Origin: a virus
Taxonomy: Duplodnaviria; Caudoviricetes
Reading direction: 5' to 3' (one strand)
Virus record (IMG/VR): IMGVR_UViG_3300020045_006770
Coordinates: 1-30,097 of that record
Length of the DNA: 30,097 nt
Shown piece by piece: positions 25,306 to 30,097 of the stretch. The number at the start of each line of letters is the position of its first letter. Positions within the stretch are counted from its first letter, which is position 1. Position numbers and translations under genes: made by a program. The notes beneath the pieces were generated by a model, which was not told the DNA's origin, searched no databases, and saw only the letters and a list, made by a program, of their open reading frames with translations.

Positions 25306-26496
25306 CTAAGTAGCTGAATCGAGATCCGGAGTTTTCACGAATGCGGCGGTGTTTCGGCATTTCACATCGGCCAAACGGTTTACGGTCAATTCAATTTGTC
25401 CAACCTTTTGATAGGTGTAAGGATTGATCATGATTTCCAAAGCTCCCCAAAAACCCAAATAGATTTCGGACCATGCGCCATAAACTGCGTATTGTTTTGC
25501 AGCTCCATCGGCGAATAGGTTTGAATAGAAAATCTTTGCACCGTCGTAGCTGTTTCCTACGCCATTTACTGCGCCCATCTGAGCCAAAAATACACTTGCG
25601 GCGGTTCCAATGGCAACGCCTTTGGCTGCAAAGAATGATGCGCGATCCATGGCGAAAGCTCCATCCAAATCTACGGCACCCATCAGTGCGTTAAACCCGG
25701 CAACGGTTAAAGCTCCGGCGGCAACTTCAGTAGCGGCGGCCAATGCGATGGTGTACACTTCGGCGGTTAATTTCCGATCACAACCTTTGATCATGTCGGC
25801 AACAATGGCGGCCTGAACTGCTGGGTTTTCCTGTGCCAAAAGTTCTTTGGTAAACAGGTCGGTAATTCCGTAGCGATTGTCAGGTGCTAAAGTAACGTAT
25901 GATGGCACATTGCTTTCGGCAACGATTTCGGCAGTTTCGGCATATTTCCCGGCAACATCGTGGGTTTTCTTACCCAGCTTAACAGTTCCCTGCAATCCGT
26001 TTAAAACGGTTAAACCCATCTGGCCCCAAAGTGGCTCGTAACCAATGATTGAAAGGTTCGGATCAATAACCACATCGATGCTGGTTGCATGGGTGGTGAG
26101 GGTGTTTGGTGATGCTGAACGGCTGAATGGAACTAATAAACCGCCTGACTGAATGCCACGGCCTAATTCTTTGTGCTGTTCGGCTTCAATACCTGTTAGC
26201 TTATCTTCGCCGCGGGCAAATTCGCGGATGGCTTTTCCAACGGAATAAGGAGCGGCTTTGCCTCCGATGTTGAATTCGCGTTTCTGTGGCTGTTCAATTC
26301 CGCGTACTTCCAATGCTTCTGCGTCGGCGATGTCGGTGTCCATGCGTGCAACTTCGGCCTTTAAACCGTCGTATTTGGTGGTTTCTTCGGCGGTGGCTGC
26401 GCGAAGGATTCCGTTTTCTTTACGTGCTTCCAAAACAGCTTGCATTTCTGCAACTTTTTCGGCGCGTTTAATTTTCAATTCTTCGGAAAGTTTCAT
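25306..26496 (-). CDS. Major capsid protein (HK97 fold, delta domain)
   Basis: N-terminal coiled coil, GGLLVP, WGALEIMINPYT; follows the protease. Confidence 0.9.
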   Translation of the reverse strand: MKLSEELKIKRAEKVAEMQAVLEARKENGILRAATAEETTKYDGLKAEVARMDTDIADAEALEVRGIEQPQKREFNIGGKAAPYSVGKAIREFARGEDKLTGIEAEQHKELGRGIQSGGLLVPFSRSASPNTLTTHATSIDVVIDPNLSIIGYEPLWGQMGLTVLNGLQGTVKLGKKTHDVAGKYAETAEIVAESNVPSYVTLAPDNRYGITDLFTKELLAQENPAVQAAIVADMIKGCDRKLTAEVYTIALAAATEVAAGALTVAGFNALMGAVDLDGAFAMDRASFFAAKGVAIGTAASVFLAQMGAVNGVGNSYDGAKIFYSNLFADGAAKQYAVYGAWSEIYLGFWGALEIMINPYTYQKVGQIELTVNRLADVKCRNTAAFVKTPDLDSAT

Positions 26497-26503
26497 GGAT
26501 TAA

Positions 26504-27187
26504 TTATTTTTTTAGTGTTAAAATTTCGAGTTCTTTCTCTAATATGTCGTATTCGTTGGCGAGTGCTCGCTCAACTTCTACCAATGCAGCGGCGGTGGCT
26601 TCCGGATCTTCGTCATCTTCTTTTTTGTCGATGGTTACTTTAAATTCGAATTCCATTTCAATTGCCCGGCGTTTGATTTCGGTGTTGGCGAATGCGCCAT
26701 CAAGCACAATGCTTACATCGTATAAATTCTGAATGTTGGTGATGGTGCGCACGGGGATGTCGCCCGATTTATCGTAGCTGACTCCGTTGTCGGCAATGGT
26801 GTAAATGAATGAGCATTCGAAATAATCGCCTCGCTCTATAAGTACCAGCATGTCGCGCCCGAGTGTGGTGTCGGGCATTTCAACGGTTGCCTTTAATCCT
26901 TGCGCGTCTGGTGCCAGGGTTAATGTTCCTGATTTGGTGCGGCCTAATATTTTACTACGTTCGTGATCGACTGTTGCCAGGCAATTTAAACCGCCATCGG
27001 CTAATACGTTGGTGAATGCTTCCGGAGCAATAACCTCAAAGAATACCTCACCCCATTCTCTAATCAACTTCGATTGCTGATTAAATACGGAGGCGTAAAA
27101 TTCAACAAAGTTTTTGCCGTCTGGCTCTTTCCTGACAATGGCAGTGCCATCGATGGACCGGAGTATTAATTTTGATTTGGTGGTCAT
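26504..27187 (-). CDS. HK97 prohead protease
   Basis: YASVFNQ, F.EVIAPEAF, DH....LGRT.SGTL, CSF, LYDVSIV. Confidence 0.92.
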   Translation of the reverse strand: MTTKSKLILRSIDGTAIVRKEPDGKNFVEFYASVFNQQSKLIREWGEVFFEVIAPEAFTNVLADGGLNCLATVDHERSKILGRTKSGTLTLAPDAQGLKATVEMPDTTLGRDMLVLIERGDYFECSFIYTIADNGVSYDKSGDIPVRTITNIQNLYDVSIVLDGAFANTEIKRRAIEMEFEFKVTIDKKEDDEDPEATAAALVEVERALANEYDILEKELEILTLKK

Positions 27188-28446
27188 GGTGCTGGTGGTG
27201 TTGGATTTGTTTTTAATGTCGGATCTGTTTTCAGGAGCGTATTGTAATCGGTGAAATTTTCGAGCGGTATGTATTGCGCCTGCATGTAATGTTTATTTCC
27301 AAATTCGCCCGGGATGGTTTTGTTTCCGAGTTTGGCGGCGGCTTCGTTTGGCGTCATCAGCCCGTTAACTACCTGTTCTTTAATTGTGGTTACTTTCTTG
27401 GTGTAATCCATTTCGATAATTACCGAGGTGTCGAATTCAATTTTGAAACCTTTGTTCAGGATTTCGTCGGTGGTTAATAGTTTGGCGGTGAGCTCGGCAA
27501 CATACATGGCAACCTTTGGCCCAATGGTATTGGTGCGGAATAAAAGGGTAAGCTGTTCGATGTCGAGTTTTTCAGCTGAACCGTCGATCATGAATAGCGG
27601 AACTTTAAAGGCGGCGGCGATTTCTTCTCGTGAATATTTTCTTGTCTCTATGAGCTGCGAGTCGGCAAATGATTGTGAAAGTTTTACAATTTTGGTGAAA
27701 GCCGGTAACATTAATGGTTTGCCTGAATTTGTCGGGCCGCCGTTTGATTCTAAATATGCGTCACGCGTTTCTTTTAATGCGGCTTGTGCCGGTCCTGATA
27801 ATGCGCCTGGCAAATCGGTTTCTAGTGCTGTGGTTTGAATGCCGTTGTTTCTATGAAAATTATTTATGTGGGCGGTTGTACGTTCTGCTATTTCTGTTTC
27901 TTTTTTTAGCGCTTCCAGTACAGAAAGACCAATATAACCATCTTCGGAAATGCCACGGAAATGCAGCATGTCGGCGGCTGGTATTTCTTCGGACATGGTA
28001 CCCGATTGGCGGCGAATTTTATAACTGATGATTTCGCCCTCAACGATTGTCATACTTTCGATACGTTCGGGGTGTATGATTTCGAACCGCTGAACGTAGG
28101 CGCTTTGTGTGTTTTTGTGGGCGCGAACTAATCCGTTGCCAAATTTATTAACGTGTAACTCAACAGTTGACCAAAATTGCTGGGCGTTTTGCGATGGGTT
28201 GGGCTGGTACCTCAACAACCAATATAAACGATGTTGGCGTAATTCGAGGCGGCCCATCTGGTTGTCGGCATAAATGCTGATTGGCATACGCGAAACGGCA
28301 TCGCTCAAATGTTCGAAACAGGTAAAAACGGTTGATATTTGTTCAGGTATTCCGCTAACTCCGTTTGTTTCAATGCTTTGCATTTGTGTGCCTAGCGTTA
28401 CACGGGCAGTTTTATACTGAGTCCATAGGTATGATAGAAAATTCAT
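27184..28446 (-). CDS. HK97-family portal protein
   Basis: L..QPNP, GNG, MLHFR...DG.IGLS, EIAAAFKVP, MTPNE. Confidence 0.93.
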   Translation of the reverse strand: MNFLSYLWTQYKTARVTLGTQMQSIETNGVSGIPEQISTVFTCFEHLSDAVSRMPISIYADNQMGRLELRQHRLYWLLRYQPNPSQNAQQFWSTVELHVNKFGNGLVRAHKNTQSAYVQRFEIIHPERIESMTIVEGEIISYKIRRQSGTMSEEIPAADMLHFRGISEDGYIGLSVLEALKKETEIAERTTAHINNFHRNNGIQTTALETDLPGALSGPAQAALKETRDAYLESNGGPTNSGKPLMLPAFTKIVKLSQSFADSQLIETRKYSREEIAAAFKVPLFMIDGSAEKLDIEQLTLLFRTNTIGPKVAMYVAELTAKLLTTDEILNKGFKIEFDTSVIIEMDYTKKVTTIKEQVVNGLMTPNEAAAKLGNKTIPGEFGNKHYMQAQYIPLENFTDYNTLLKTDPTLKTNPTPPAP

Positions 28447-28504
28447 TGCGCGCTTTTCTGTAATATGTTGCCTTCGACAGGCTCAGGCAGCGGCGCGATT
28501 AATG

Positions 28505-30097
28505 TTAATCTTTTGGTGTCATCAGGGTTTTGAAGAATTCGGCGGTGGCGTCGTTGTTGTTTTGCAGCCATGCACCTACGGCCATCGCCCAGGCTACCGG
28601 ACCGTCGACCGAATCCATCGATTTGTTTTTCATGATCTTGATGTTTCCGTTTCCATCTTTGTATAGCACGATGTTGCGGAACATCCAGCGCATAACGGGG
28701 TTGGTTCCCATGTCGAGCGTGTCGTCAAAGAATAGTTTTTCGATGTACTTCAGCGGAAAGTTAAACCATACGGTCGTTTGCCTGAATTTGCAACAGTTGA
28801 TAAATAGTGTTGATTCAATTTCAGGAATGATAAACCCGCTGTTCCATTCGTCGTAATTGATTTGGCGGATTTCGAAAACGGTATTCCAGTATTTGATTCG
28901 CTCTAGTATTATTTTTTGGTCGATGGTGGCGGTGGGGTGTTCAATGATGTGGCCTTTTTCGATCCATGCGGCTAAGTCGATGCCTGAATTTCGCACGCGC
29001 TTGGTTTCGTTTTGTGGGAAATAGAATTCCGGTATTACTCCATGTCGCCCGGTAACCTCATCGTGCCAGTGAATAACGATTGATGCAAGGTCGCGGGTGG
29101 CCGACATATCAATTCCCATGTATGCCACTGGTCGGCCTTCTGGTACCTGAATGTTTCTGAATGCAGTTACATAAATGTCGTCTGGTATCCATTGTTCGTT
29201 ATTGTCCAGGTAACGATTCAGGTTTTTAGTAATGAAATTGTTTTTTTCGGTGATGGTTAGTTTGGCTTTTTCCCATTCTTTCACCAGCGCATCGAGTCGA
29301 ATAGTTACCCCGATGTTCGGGTTTGCCTTAATCCATGTTGTGCTGTCCTCCACATCGTCGTCATCGTCGAGCGTAAACAGGGCAATAAAGGTAATGTCGT
29401 CCTGAATGTTGCCGTCGAGTACTTGTTTGGCGGTTTCTACCATCAGGAAAAACGGGTAATCTTTGTTGAATCCGGCGGTGCTGGTGATTATTCCGAGGGG
29501 ATTTTCGCGGCTCATGGTTCCCGATTTCATGACGTTGTAAAAATCGAGGGTTTTATGTGCGTGCATTTCATCCAAAATAAAAACGTAAGGGTTCAATGAG
29601 TCGTTGGCTTCTGGTTTATTAGCCAGTACTTTTAATATTCCTGATTTCTTTGGATAGATGATTTGGAATTGCTGAACCTTTAGGCGCGATTTCATGGCCG
29701 GTGAATTCTTAACCATGTTTTTAACGTACCTTAAACCCTGCCCGGCTTGCTCGCGGGTGGTGGCGCATAGGTAGGCTTCTGTGTCGGCTTCTCCATCGTA
29801 CATGAGCATGTACAGTTGAATGGCTACGGCAAAAACTGTTTTTCCTGATTTGCGGGCGGTGTAAATTAGCGCGTAACGATACCGGCGTATTCCGGTGGGG
29901 TAATACCATCCGAATAATTCAGAAATGATCCAGGCTTGATAAGGTGAAAGTTTAAATTGCGCGTACTTTGGGCCAATTTTAATGCGCAGAAATGAGAAAA
30001 ATTTGAAAACGTGCTCAACGGCTGAAGGTCTGAAAGTAATGTCAGGTCGTTGCTGGTCGTTTCGGCTCCGTGTGATCGCCTGTCGTATGTACTTCGA
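28505..30097 (-). CDS. terL: Terminase large subunit (5' end beyond the window)
   Basis: Frame open to the window edge; Walker A ARKSGKT, ILDEMH, ITSTAG, GIDMS, DGPVA. Confidence 0.95.
   Translation of the reverse strand, partial: SKYIRQAITRSRNDQQRPDITFRPSAVEHVFKFFSFLRIKIGPKYAQFKLSPYQAWIISELFGWYYPTGIRRYRYALIYTARKSGKTVFAVAIQLYMLMYDGEADTEAYLCATTREQAGQGLRYVKNMVKNSPAMKSRLKVQQFQIIYPKKSGILKVLANKPEANDSLNPYVFILDEMHAHKTLDFYNVMKSGTMSRENPLGIITSTAGFNKDYPFFLMVETAKQVLDGNIQDDITFIALFTLDDDDDVEDSTTWIKANPNIGVTIRLDALVKEWEKAKLTITEKNNFITKNLNRYLDNNEQWIPDDIYVTAFRNIQVPEGRPVAYMGIDMSATRDLASIVIHWHDEVTGRHGVIPEFYFPQNETKRVRNSGIDLAAWIEKGHIIEHPTATIDQKIILERIKYWNTVFEIRQINYDEWNSGFIIPEIESTLFINCCKFRQTTVWFNFPLKYIEKLFFDDTLDMGTNPVMRWMFRNIVLYKDGNGNIKIMKNKSMDSVDGPVAWAMAVGAWLQNNNDATAEFFKTLMTPKD

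Noticed and set aside
473-29909. Numerous short ORFs in the track, mostly on the plus strand, overlapping larger genes
   Set aside because: They are antisense or alternate-frame shadows of well-supported minus-strand genes and have no recognisable motifs. Only 9104-9457 and 9910-10338 were accepted on the plus strand.
1-30097. Stop-codon reassignment
   Set aside because: Core genes are full length in the standard code, TAG and TGA both serve as stops, and no suppressor tRNA is visible.

Overview
About 30 kb of a temperate HK97-type siphophage of a Bacteroidota host. The host is inferred from TAnnTTTG promoters, a Bacteroides-type integrase, PcfJ/PcfK, FISUMP tail proteins and an RpoB-insert homologue. 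Almost all genes lie on the minus strand. From right to left: terminase (truncated), portal, protease, capsid, head-tail, tail, receptor-binding and lysis genes, an intact attP, integrase, repressor/cro switch, xis, an early operon with a tRNA-Met and a tRNA-like RNA, then pcfK-pcfJ. The intact attP implies the excised or virion form. The most striking element is at 136-2002: a second, short tyrosine recombinase lacking the IntI insertion, next to an attI-like site and two cassettes closed by related ~130-bp attC-like hairpins. Core/inverse-core complementarity holds for each cassette, but the ORFs are antisense to the cassettes, so this looks like a non-canonical phage mini-integron. Also notable: a 15-bp motif upstream of late genes, a C4/CI-like structured leader RNA, a circularly permuted FISUMP protein and many REP-like elements. 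All family calls come from motif recognition by eye; no searches were run.
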